Positions 13,448 to 29,008 of a stretch of 64,000 nucleotides of DNA are shown piece after piece. The translations under genes and the position numbers were made by a program. The stretch's first letter is position 1; every line of letters begins with the position of its first letter. Where the stretch lies: NCBI GenBank assembly GCA_964016885.1, contig OZ024741.1, positions 402,194,001 through 402,258,000 on the forward strand, read 5' to 3'. Under the pieces are notes generated by a model that had not been told where the DNA came from, did no database searches, and saw only the letters and a list, made by a program, of their open reading frames with translations. The stretch is from Eledone cirrhosa. Its lineage: Eukaryota.

Positions 13448-16400
13448 ATCTATCTATCTATCTAAGGCGGGTAAAATTCCCGAGATCCATGGACGAGTTC
13501 TCTCCAGCGGTCTCTGTCCCTCATTATCGCTGCTATGTCCTGCATCTCCAACAGACCAGTGTCTGTCCTTAGGGCATCAACGTACGTTAACCTTGGTCTT
13601 CCTCTTCTAGTGTGTCCATGTAGGGGCACCCAAAGGAGCACTGAGTGCAATGTCAACTCTGGATGTCGGTGAGCATGTCCAGCCAACCTCAGTCTCCTCT
13701 GTGTCACTTTTGAGCTGACTTTTGGGATGCTCCCATACAGCTCTGAGTTTTTCATCCTCAGTGTATACTGATTAATGTTCAGAACCATCCATAGCATTCT
13801 CGTGTAGCACCCATCCACCATCTGAGTGAGTTTCTTGGTCAGTGTCCAAGTCTCAGACCCATACAGCAGCACAGACTCCACTACAACAATGAAGAGGCGG
13901 ACTTTCAGGTCTCTACGAAGGTCCGACTTCCACACCGATCTCAAGCTGTGGCACGCCGCCCAGGCCTTGCTCTTCCTCTCAACCACATCATCTTCCGTAT
14001 TCCCAATCTTTGCTCCCAAATACAGGAAGTCCTCAATCAATTCCAGCGGCTTTCCGCCTACATTAGTGATCCCCTCTGGCTTCTCAACATTCTCTACCAG
14101 ATATTTTGTTTTAGTCTCATTCATTCTCAGCCCCACACTCATCGACACAGTCTCAACCTCCTGCATCAAATCCTCTGCCTCCTTCACTGTATTTGTCACC
14201 AAAACTATGTCGTTGGCAAATTCAGCATCCGATACCTTTTTCGCCCTAACTCTCCTGCTCTGAGCCGGTGCTACTGTAAAGCCAGAGTCCTGGTGTTTCT
14301 CCAGTGCAAGGCGCATACAATAGTCCACTACGATGATAAAAAGGTAGGGAGCCAATGTATCTCCCTGGAGCACTCCAGCCAGTATCTCAAAGAACTCTGT
14401 CATCCCATCAGGTTTAATGACTTGGGCTTTGGTGTTGGTGTAGAGCAGTGATATCAGGTCCACTAACCTCTTGGGGATTCCATAAGCCTGTAAGATCTTC
14501 AGCAGGCAGTAACGGTCCACAGAATCAAAGGCCTTCCTAAAGTCAATGAAAACCATGACCGCAGGAAGGCACTTTGCTCTAGCTCCCTCTAATATCCTCC
14601 TCAGCATCAGGATGTGACTGGTGGTTGATCTACCCTCTCTGAAGCCGTTCTGGTTGTCCCTGAGCTTCTTCTCCATCTCAGGCTGGATTCTGTTAAGAAT
14701 CATCCTGTTGAGGGTCTTTGCCACAAGTGACGTCAGTGAGATCCCCGGTAGTTGTTGGTGTTAGAGAGATCTCCCTTCTTTGGCACTGAGACGATGTTAC
14801 TGATCCTTCACTGATTCGGGGCAACTCCTTTCTCCAGTGCCCCATTACAGAACCCCAGGATGATATCATCAAAATCACACCTCTTCATCACCTCTGATGC
14901 CACTCCATCTTCTCCATGAGCCTTGCCCTCCTTGATCCTCTTCTTGGCTCTCTGAAGCTCCTCTCTGGTGAAGGGCTCTCTCAACATCCAGTTCCTCAAA
15001 CAGCCGCCTGATCTCCCCAGTGCTCTGGGCTGTGGAGGGTGGCTCTCCTAGTAGGGTCCTAAAATGGTCTAGCCATTTCCTCTTCCTATCCTCAGGTCCC
15101 GTTCCCTGGAGCTGACTCGAACACCTTCTCTTCCTCCCTGTGATCTCGTTGGTGATCATCCAGCTCTCCTTACATCCAGATCTGTCAACCGCTCTCTCCA
15201 CACTTCTGATCTTCTCTATCAGTGCCTCCTCTCTGACCTCAGTGTAAGCGGTACAGAGCTCTTCCCTCACCACCTCCACAGTCTCCATCCTCTCCTCCGT
15301 AGGATCAGCATAGAATTGGTCCCTGGCAGCTTTCAGGTGTTCTCTGGCTGCACACACTTTTGGGTTTGCAGAGCTGACGTGCTTCCCTTTGTTCTTTTTC
15401 CTCGGCACCAGGGTTTCACTTGCTTCCGCCACTGCATTGGTGAAGTGCCCGTACCTCCTCGTCACACCCTCCTCAGTCCATCCAATCTCTCTCTCCTCTG
15501 ACTCTCCACACAGCGCACTAAACCTGTTTCTCACTTCCACTGTGAACCTCTCCTGTAGCTTATCATCTTCCTTGAAAGCTCCCCAGTCATAGATTGTTCT
15601 CCGGGGCTCAACCTTGCTCTTTCTTAAGCTCACGCGGACCTCACTCATAACAAGCTGGTGGTCACTACCCAGTGTACTGAAATAGCTGTATGGTTCCGTG
15701 TTCAGAACACTATTCCGCCACTTTTTCCTCACCAGAATGAAATCAATCTGGGACTTGGACAGGTGCATATCTGAGATGTAGGTCCACATCTTCCCCAGAT
15801 TCTTCCTAAACCTTAGGTTCGTCGCCATCAAGTTCACCTCCAGCAGGGTGTCTCTCAGTAGTCTTCCATTTCGGTTGGCGTTGTTATGGAAGTACCAGCA
15901 AGGATCTTCACTGCCCTCCTTACTCAGATGTGCATTGAAGTCCCCCAAAACAAGCAGGATATTGTGTGCTTGAGTGGTGTTGACAGCTCTACACACCTCC
16001 TCATGGAACTCTTCCGCATTCACATCACTGTCCCCCTCGGTTGGACTATAAGCTGAGATGACTGTCAGTCTTGGGTTTCCATTGAAGGTCACCCTCAACA
16101 CTCGCGGGGAGATAGGCATTATTTCCCTCACCAACAGATTGGTTTTTGCACTGAACACAAAACCCACTCCTCCTACTGCAGCATTTGTTGTATTCTTCAC
16201 TGCCGATGTAGTGATGAGCTGGCTCTTCTTCCCGATCATCACACTCCTCACGGGCTCATCGTGTAGAATCCTGTGTTCTTGGATCGCAAGTATCTGTATA
16301 CCACTCTCCTCGAACAGATGTCCCAACTCCTCTCTCTTCTCCAGCGTCCGAATAGTCCTCACATTCAAAGTGCCCATTTTGATGGCTCTTCTGCAGGACA

Positions 16401-16760
16401 AAACTGCATTCTTTATATTTGTCTCAGAGACAGCTGATCCATCATCCACTGGCCCTCTCTGTGGCTCTAAGCCAGCAGAGTCATAACGACCAGGCTGATC
16501 CTTGACAGTGTAATTAGGGGCTCTAACCCTAGTGCTGTTAGATCGACTCTCCATATTTCTTTTCAATGGCTGACAATACCTTACCGGCGCCACTCGAATA
16601 AGGTAGTTATTTAACCCATAAATGGAGCCCTAACAGGTACTACCACCCCGGGCCAGGGCAGACCTGGGAGTCATGACAACTAAGGGGTAACTCCACATTC
16701 CCCACATCTGAACTCCCGAACTGGAGCCTTGCCACTGGATGTAGTTTAATGTCATACCCA
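13448..16760 (-). mobile_element. Near-full-length RTE LINE family D (APE + RT, no PHD)
   Basis: ~170-nt 5'UTR, APE, RT and (TAGA)n tail; TA arrays on both sides. Confidence 0.95.
13462..16593 (-). pseudogene. APE endonuclease-reverse transcriptase polyprotein, frameshifted
   Basis: GTLNVRT, IQEHR, YSPT, GDFNA, IDFIL, SDH (APE); FIDFRKAFD, GVLQGDTLAP and catalytic motif decayed to FAND (RT). Frame breaks at ~14990 and ~14760-14820. Confidence 0.93.
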
Positions 16761-16782
16761 TATATATATATTTATATATATT

Positions 16783-16827
<45 letters not shown>

Positions 16828-16833
<6 letters not shown>

Positions 16834-16968
16834 CTTTGGGAGGGTCATGTTGCCAATAAGAAACACATGCACCAGTTGCTGTCACTTCAATTTATTATAA
16901 TAAATTTATAAATTTAGGAATTTATAAATTTCTGGTTGGTTGGTTGGTTCCACAACCAGATAGTTGTT
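16828..16968 (+). mobile_element. Fragment of a TIR MITE-like repeat
   Basis: Begins TATACTTTGGGAGGGTCAT, like the terminus of the 30450-30706 element. Confidence 0.45.
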
Positions 16969-18483
16969 TTATTGCCCTTCAGGCTATAACAGAGGAGTTC
17001 AAGACCGGTTGCCCATGGGAACTCCTATACGCAGATGACCTAACACTCATAGCTGAATCAATGGCCGAGCTAGAGAAGAAATTCCAAACATGGAAGCACG
17101 GCCTAGAATCAAAAGGCCTTAAAATTAACCTGGCTAAGACTAAAGTTCTAGTTTGTAAGAAAGAAAATAAGGTGGTGGTCCCTTCCGGGAAGTGGCCATG
17201 CTCAGTGTGTAGGAAAGGCGTAGGTAGAAACTCCATTTTGTGTCCCAAATGCAAAGTATGGGTGCATAAAAGATGTAGTGGGATCACAGGTAAGCTAACT
17301 AAGAACATAGATTTTACATGTGGCCGGTGCTCTGGTGCAATAAGTAGCAGCAAGTGCCCACAAAATACTAGCTTTCAAATGCGCAGAGGGTTCTATAGAA
17401 ATAGTGGACAGCTTCCGTTACCTGGGTGACAAAATCAGCAGTGGGGGAGGGTGCTCTGAAAGTACAGTAGCTAGAGTCAGAACTGGATGGAAAAAGTTCA
17501 GAGAGCTTATACCACTATTAGCCGCTAAAGGGTTCTCCCTAAAAATGAAAGGCAGGTTGTACGATGCCTGCATACGAACAGCAATGTTGCATGGCAGTGA
17601 GACCTGGGCATTGTGTGCAGAGGATATACGCAGACTACAGAGGAACGAAGCTTGCATGCTCCGCTGGATGTGTAATAGTAATATACGTGAACGGCAAAGC
17701 ATAAACGAACTAAGGAAAAAATTAGAAATAAGAGGGATCAGATGTTGTTTACTCAAGAGAAGGCTACGTTGGTATGGTCACGTGATGCGCATGAAGGACG
17801 ATAGCTGTATAACAAAGTGCAGGGCAATAAAGATAGACGGTAGCCACGGAATAGGCAGACCCAGAAAAACCTGGGACGAGCTGATAAATTCCGACCTCAC
17901 ACACTTACACCTCTCCAAGACAATGTCACTGGACCGAAACCTTTGACGGTACTCAGTAATAGAGAAGACCCGCCTTACCTAAATACAAAGTAAAACCTAC
18001 TACAGTCAGTAGGCATCTCTAACAAAATACACCCCCGTCCCACCACCCCCACTCCATCCACACCGCCCCTTTCAATGTAAAGTTATGTTGGTGCCACAAC
18101 ATCCAGGCCGAAACAAATGAGATCGTGTAGGTGTCACGTCAAAAAACACACAGTTCACGCTGTAATGTGGCCGTGTAGGCAACACTGTAAAAACCTCCCA
18201 GCCCCACACTGTAAATGTGGTTGGTGTTAGGAAGGGCATCCAGCTGTAGAAAACCCGCCAGACAGTCCACGCTGTAATGTGGCCGTGTAGGCAACACGGT
18301 AAAAACCTCCCAGCCCCACACTGTAAATGTGGTTGGTGTTAGGAAGGGCATCCAACTGTAGAAAACCCGCCAGACAGTCCTATGCGAGCAAGACAACCAC
18401 TCTTGCCTCAAGTGGGAAAACCCCCGTCTAAACCCATGCAAGCGTGGAACACGGACGCTAAACCTGATGATGATGATGATGAT
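16969..18483 (+). mobile_element. RTE family A (subfamily A2), 5'-truncated and frameshifted
   Basis: YADD and PHD present; frameshift at ~17377, premature stop at 17944; 112-bp tandem duplication in 3'UTR; (GAT)n tail. Confidence 0.95.
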
Positions 18484-18536
18484 TTATATTTATATTTATA
18501 TATATATATATATAAATATACATATATATATATATA

Positions 18537-19853
18537 TCAGGCAAAAGTACCACAGACGCTCTTTTCATTGTACGACAACTACAGGAGAAGTACCTAGCTA
18601 AAAGTAAACCCCTATACTTAGCTTTTGTCGACTTGGAGAAAGCCTTCGACAGAGTCCCCCGTTCCATTATCTGGTGGTCTCTTAGAAAACTAGGTGTTGA
18701 CGAATGGCTTGTGAGAGCTATACAAGCCATGTATAAAGAAACAGTCAGTAAGGTTAGAATTAACAACGAATATAGTGAAGAGTTTAGCGTAAAAGTTGGT
18801 GTCCATCAGGGCTCTGTACTTAGCCCCCTACTATTTATTATTGCCCTTCAGGCTATAACAGAGGAGTTCAAGACCGGCTGCCCATGGGAACTCCTATACG
18901 CAGATGATCTAACGCTCATAGCTGAATCAATGACCGAACTAGAGAAGAAATTCCAAACGTGGAAGCACGGCCTAGAATCAAAAGGCCTTAAAATTAACCT
19001 GGCTAAGACTAAAGTTCTAGTTTGTAGGAAAGAAAATAAGGCGGCGGTCCCATCGGGGAAATGGCCATGCTCAGTGTGTAGGAAAGGCGTAGGTAGAAAC
19101 TCCATTTTATGTCCCAAATGCAAAGTATGGGTGCATAAAAGATGTAGTGGGATCACAGGTAAGCTAACTAAGAACATAGATTTTACATGTGGCCGGTGCT
19201 CTGGTGCAATAAGTAGCAGCAAGTGCCCACAAAATACTAGCTCCTTCAACTGCGCAGAGGGTTCTATAGAAATAGTGGACAGCTTCCGTTATCTGGGTGA
19301 CAAAATCAGCAGTGGGGGAGGGTGCTCTGAAAGTACAGTAGCTAGAGTCAGAACTGGATGGAAAAAGTTCAGAGAGCTTATACCACTATTAGCCGCTAGA
19401 GGGTTCTCCCTAAAAATGAAAGGCAGGTTATACGATGCCTGCATACGAACAGCAATGCTGCATGGCAGTGAGACCTGGGCATTGTGTGCAGAGGATATAC
19501 GCAGACTAGAGAGGAACGAAGCTTGCATGCTCCGCTGGATGTGCAATAGTAATATACGTGAACGGCAAAGCATAAACGAACTAAGGAAAAAATTAGAAAT
19601 AAGAGGGATCAGATGTTGTTTACTCGAGAGAAGGCTACGTTGGTACGGTCACGTGATGCGCATGAAAGACGACAGCTGTATAACAAAGTGCAGGGCAATA
19701 AAGATAGACGGTAGCCACGGAGTAGGCAGACCCAGAAAAACATGGGACGAGCTGATAAATTCCGACCTCACACGCTTACACCTCTCCAAGACAATGTCAC
19801 TGGACCGAGACCTTTGGCGGTACTCAGTAATAGAGAAGACCCGCCTTACCTAA
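18537..19853 (+). CDS. RTE reverse transcriptase fragment with PHD finger (19068-19199)
   Basis: Open frame from SGKSTTDALF through YADD and CSVC..CPKC..H..C..CGRC to TRLT*. Confidence 0.9.
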   Translation, partial: SGKSTTDALFIVRQLQEKYLAKSKPLYLAFVDLEKAFDRVPRSIIWWSLRKLGVDEWLVRAIQAMYKETVSKVRINNEYSEEFSVKVGVHQGSVLSPLLFIIALQAITEEFKTGCPWELLYADDLTLIAESMTELEKKFQTWKHGLESKGLKINLAKTKVLVCRKENKAAVPSGKWPCSVCRKGVGRNSILCPKCKVWVHKRCSGITGKLTKNIDFTCGRCSGAISSSKCPQNTSSFNCAEGSIEIVDSFRYLGDKISSGGGCSESTVARVRTGWKKFRELIPLLAARGFSLKMKGRLYDACIRTAMLHGSETWALCAEDIRRLERNEACMLRWMCNSNIRERQSINELRKKLEIRGIRCCLLERRLRWYGHVMRMKDDSCITKCRAIKIDGSHGVGRPRKTWDELINSDLTRLHLSKTMSLDRDLWRYSVIEKTRLT

Positions 19854-20361
19854 ATACAAAGTAAAAACCTACTACAGTCAGTAGGCACCTCTATCAAAAC
19901 ACACCCCGTCCCACCACCTCCACCCCACCCACACCGCCCCTTTCAATGTAAAGTTATGTTGGTCCCACAACATCCAGGCCGAAACAAATGAGATCGTGTA
20001 GGTGTCACGACAAAAAACACACAGTCCACGCTGTAAATGTGGCCGTGTAGGCAACACGGTAAAAACCTCCCAGCCCCACACTGTAAATGTGGTTGGTGTT
20101 AGGAAGGGCATCCAGCTGTAGAAAACCCGCCAGACAGTCCACGCTGTAATGTGGCCGTGTAGGCAACACGGTAAAAATCTCCCAGCCCCACACTGTAAAT
20201 GTGGTTGGTGTTAGGAAGGGCATCCAACTGTAGAAAACCCGCCAGACAGTCCTATGCGAGCAAGACAACCACTCTTGCCTCAAGTGGGAAAACCCCCGTC
20301 CAAACCCATGCAAGCGTGGAACACGGACGCTAAACCTGATGATGATGATGATGATGATGAT
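18537..20361 (+). mobile_element. RTE family A (A2), 5'-truncated
   Basis: Intact RT frame, duplicated 3'UTR segment, (GAT)n tail. Confidence 0.95.
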
Positions 20362-20399
20362 ATATATATATATTTATATATATATATATATACTTATAT

Positions 20400-20744
20400 G
20401 GAGGCACATGGCTCAGTGGTTAGAGCATTGGCCTTGCAATCGAAAGGTTGTGAGTTCAATTCTCAGACCGGGTGATGTGTTGTTTCCTTGAGCAAGACAC
20501 TTTATTTCACATTGCTCCAGTTTACTCAGCTGTAGAAATGAGATGATAGGGACTGGGGTCCATATCATTCCACTGTAAAGTGGATGTGTAGGTGCCACGG
20601 CAAAAAAAACGCACCCAGTACTCACTGTAAATGAGGTTGGTGTTAGGAAGGGCATCCAGCTGTAGAAATCAAGCCAGAATCAGTTCCAGTCCCACCCTTG
20701 CAAGCAGGGAAAAGTGGACGTAAAATGAAATGAAATGAAATGAT
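20400..20744 (+). mobile_element. tRNA-derived CORE-like SINE with RTE-derived 3' part
   Basis: A box TGGCTCAGTGG, B box GAGTTCAATTC, CORE-like TCCTTGAGCAAGACACTT, tail shared with RTE C. Other copies at 45707 and 51972. Confidence 0.9.
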
Positions 20745-21816
<1,072 letters not shown>

Positions 21817-22090
21817 AAACCAGCGTTCTAAATATCTAGCCAAGCCATCTGGCTTGGCTAGATATTTAGAACGCTGGTTTGAGACCTTTATTTCCGTCTG
21901 AAGAAGAGATATTATCTCAAAAATTAAGGACATTTAAATAAATTTAAGGTAAAGGACAAATTGTCAACAATATCTTTTACAATTACATTCTTTTTTCTAT
22001 GTCCATACCTGCATTGTTTTGGCTTTATTACACATATTCAAACGTTTATACCTCATTACACAATGCTTCAAGTGAACTATAATCTCCTCC
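21817..22090 (+). mobile_element. Putative Penelope-like terminal fragment with 5' palindrome
   Basis: Perfect 31-bp-arm palindrome at 21817-21880, followed by a degenerate hammerhead-like motif CTGAAGA-hairpin-(A)AAA and AATAAA. Confidence 0.5.
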
Positions 22091-22106
22091 ATATATATAT
22101 ATATAT

Positions 22107-23080
22107 TTACTCTTTTACTCTTTTACCTGTTTCAGCCATTCGGCTGAGGCCATGCTGGGGCACCGCCCTTGTTGCTACACATTTTATCTCCAGCCTGTAT
22201 AGGTAGGCCACTGGTGTAAGAGGGAGTTTGTTGCTGCTGCCCTTAGGTTTCCCTCATGTCTTGCTGTGGGCTCATCCGGGATCCTGGATAACAAGGTGTC
22301 GAGATGCTTCTTAAAGACATCCACCTCCACGTCATGCAAGTCTCTCAGATGCCTCGGCAGCCTGTTGAAGAGTTGAGGGCCCTTGAATCCCAGGCTATTG
22401 CAATACCTGCTCCTTATTCTAGATGTGGAAGACGGGACCTTTGGCACCACACAGTGACGTCCTGTTCGACGGTTGGTCCAGCTCCCAATGCCAAAGTTTG
22501 GTGCTAGTCCCTCCAGGATTTTCCACATGTAGATCACTGCGTATCTCTCCTGTCTTCGCTCCAAGGAGTAGAGGTTCAGTTCCTTCAGCCTCTCCCAGTA
22601 GCTTGTCTCCCTCATCTCGGCAATCCTCTTGGTGTAGCTTCGCTGGATTGCCTTAAGCTCCGTGGTTAGTTTGACACTATGGGGTGACCACAGCTGGGAG
22701 CAGTAGTCCAGGCGGCTTAGGACAAAAGTCCTCCACAGTGTCAACATGGTGTCTCGATCTCTTGTAAGGAAAGTCCTCAAGATCCAGCCAGTGAATCATC
22801 TACATGTTGTCGCCACCTTCATGATGTGTGAAGAAAAAGATGCATCATCGCTCATGTCTATGCCCAGGTCTGGTATCGATTTTGACACGGGGATATCGGT
22901 CCCTCCTGGTCCTGTGTAGCTGTGTTCCACTATATTTGTGTTTGCAGGTTTGTATTGTAGGGCTTGGAATTTGCCAGCATTAACCTGCATGTTGTTTTCT
23001 TCTGCCCATCTGTATATGGCCTCCAGATCCTGCTGTAAGAGGGCAGCGTCAGCCGGGTTTTTGATTGCCACTGCAATCAA
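22107..23080 (-). mobile_element. CR1/L2-type LINE, 5'-truncated
   Basis: [43 protein letters not shown]; same 3' end as 12316-12820. Confidence 0.9.
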
Positions 23081-24543
<1,463 letters not shown>

Positions 24544-24545
24544 GC

Positions 24546-25341
24546 GTAAGAACGGGATGGAAGAAGTTTAGGGAACTACTACCACTGCTAGCTGCAAAAG
24601 GCTTCTCCCTCAGAATGAAAGGCAGACTGTATGATGCGTGTATCCGAACAGCGATGTTGCATGGTAGTGAGACCTGGGCGCTGAAGGTGGAAGACTTACG
24701 TAGATTAGAGAGAAACGAAGCCTGCATGCTCCGATGGATGTGTAACAGTAATATACGTGAACGACAAAGCATAAATGAATTGAGAGAGAGACTGAGCATA
24801 AGAGGAATCAAATGCTGCGTGCAGGAGAGGCGGTTACGCTGGTATGGACATGTGATGCGTATGAAGGATGACAGCTGCATAAAAAGGTGCAGAGCACTAG
24901 AAGTTGATGGAAACCGCGGAGTGGGGAGACCCAAGATGACTTGGGATGAGGTGATAAAAGCCGACCTTACCCAACTACACCTCTCAAAGTCAATGACACA
25001 CGACCGTGACTTCTGGCGTCACGCAGTAATACAGGGTACCCGACCTCCCATGGGTACATGCTGAAGCATATAAACAATATGCCCCCCCCCCCCCCCACCG
25101 CAAGGTGGTCGTGGAGGTGCCACGGCAAAAAAGCACCCAGCCCACACTGTAAAGTGGACGTGTAGGCGCCACGAAAAAGCACCCAGCACTCACTGTAAAT
25201 GAGGTTGGTGTTAGGAAGGGCATCCAGCTGTAGAAATCAAGCCAGATCAGTTCCTGTATGAGCAAGGCATGGTCAGCCGACCAGACACTGCCCACAACAG
25301 GACAACCCGTCTAACCCATGCTAGCGTGGAAGAACGGACGT
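24546..25341 (+). mobile_element. RTE family B 3' fragment
   Basis: [13 protein letters not shown]...PMGTC*; near-identical to 44627-45440; (GAT)n tail. Confidence 0.93.
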
Positions 25342-26384
<1,043 letters not shown>

Positions 26385-27800
26385 TCATCATCATCATCAT
26401 CATCAACGTTTAACGTCCGTGTTCCACGCTTGCATGGGTTTGGACGGGGGTAGTCCCACTTGAGGCAAGAGTGATTGTCTTGCTCGCATAGGACTGTCTG
26501 GCAGGTTTTCTACAGTTGGATGCCCTTCCTAACACCAACCACATTTACAGTGTGGGTCTGGGAGGTTTTTACCGTGTTGCCTACACGGCCACATTACAGC
26601 GTGGACTGTGTGTTTTTTTGTCGTGACACCTACACGATCTCATTTGTTTCGGCCTCGATGGCGCGGCACCAACATAACTTTACATAGAACGGGGTGGTGT
26701 GGATCGGGTGGGGGTGGTGGTGGTGGGACGGGGTGTATTTTGTTAGAGATGCCTACTGGCTGGAGTAGGTTTTACTATATATTTAGGTAAGGCGGGTCTT
26801 CTCTGTTACTGAGTACCGCCAAAGGTCTCGGTCCAGTGACATTGTCTTGGAGAGGTGTAAGTGTGTGATGTCGGAGTTTATCAGCTCGTCCCAGGTTTTT
26901 CTAGGTCTGCCTATTCCGTGACTACCGTCTATCTTTATTGCCCTGCACTTTGTTATACAGCTATCGACTTTCATGCGCATCACGTGTCCATACCAACGTA
27001 GCCTTCTCTCGAGTAAACAACATCTGATCCCTCTTATCTCTAATTTTTTCCTTAGTTCGTTTATGCTTTGCCGTTCACGTATATTACTGTTACACATCCA
27101 GCGGAGCATGCAAGCTTCGTTCCTCTCTAGTCTGCGTATATCCTCTGCACACAATGCCCAGGTCTCACTGCCATGCAGCATTGCTGTTCGTATGCAGGCA
27201 TCGTACAACCTGCCTTTCATTTTTAGTGAGAACCCTTTAGCAGCTAATAGTGGTATAAGCTCTCTGAACTTTTTCCAACCAGTTCTGACTCTAGCTACAG
27301 TACTTTCAGAGCACCCTCCCCCACTGCTGATTTTATCGCCCAGGTAACGGAAGCTGTCCACTATTTCTATAGAACCCTCTGCGCAATTGAAAGAGCTAGT
27401 AGTTTGTGGGCACTTGCTGCTACTTATTGCACCAGAGCACCGGCCACATGTAAAATCTATGTTCTTAGTTAGCTTACCTGTGATCCCACTACATCTTTTA
27501 TGCACCCATACTTTGCATTTAGGACATAAAATGGAGTTTCTACCTACGCCTTTCCTACACACCGAGCACGACCATTTCCCAGAAGGGACCGCCGCCTTGT
27601 TTTCTTTCCTACAAACTAGTACTTTGGTCTTAGCCAGGTTAATTTTAAGTCCTTTTGACTCTAGGCCGTGCTTCCATGTTTGGAATTTCTTCTCTAGCTC
27701 GGCCATTGATTCCGCTATGAGTGTCAGGTCGTCTGCGTATAGGAGTTCCCATGGGCAGCCTGTCTTGAACTCCTCTGTTATAGCCTGAAGGGCAATAATA
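26385..27800 (-). mobile_element. RTE family A (A1), 5'-truncated
   Basis: Open RT frame 26783-27800 with YADD and PHD; (GAT)n tail. Confidence 0.95.
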
Positions 27801-28322
<522 letters not shown>

Positions 28323-28456
28323 TGACCTGACCCAGCTTATCAACTGAATATCAACAACACAGAATTAACTAACGATATATATATATATAACCCTCCAAAT
28401 ATATGTATAAGGGTGAAAGCAGCGATTCTTTGCTTAAACTTTAATCTGTTATTTTA

Positions 28457-28487
<31 letters not shown>

Positions 28488-28574
28488 ACGAAGGAGATGT
28501 GGTAAGAAACCAGGTGGATCATAACGCACCAGAGTACTCAACCCTTTGGGTAGTAGAGTGGGAAATGGGCAAAT

Positions 28575-28675
28575 ATTCAAAACCCCGACGGCAGAGCTCA
28601 AGCTGTTTCGACGGTTATTTCTGGACTGAAATAGCCGTCGAAACGGCTTGAGCTCTGCCGTCGGGGTCTTGAACA
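28575..28675. repeat. Imperfect inverted repeat (~45-bp arms, 6-8 nt spacer)
   Basis: TTCAAAACCCCGACGGCAGAGCTCAAG...CTTGAGCTCTGCCGTCGGGGTCTTGAA. Confidence 0.9.
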
Positions 28676-28691
28676 TTTTCCTATCACATTA

Positions 28692-29008
28692 TATATGTGT
28701 GTGTGTTTGTATGTATATATTGTATGTGTGTGTTTGTATGTATATGTATATATTGTATGTGTGTGTGTGTGTTTGTATGTATGTATATATTGTATATGTG
28801 TGTGTGTTTGTATGTATATATTGTATATGTGTGTGTGTTTGTATGTATATGTATATATTGTATATATATGTGTGTGTGTGTTTATATGTATATATTGTAT
28901 ATGTGTGTGTGTTTATATGTATATATTGTATATATATGTGTGTGTGTGTTTGTATGTATATGTATATATTGTATATGTGTGTGTGTGTATATATATATAT
29001 ATATGTGT
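28692..29008. repeat. GT/AT-rich minisatellite (~30-bp degenerate unit)
   Basis: Repeated TATATATTGTATATGTGTGTGTGTTTGTATG. Confidence 0.9.

Noticed and set aside
20400-20472. tRNA-Cys-like gene (GCA in the anticodon position)
   Set aside because: No proper acceptor stem and it continues into a SINE body; it is a SINE head.
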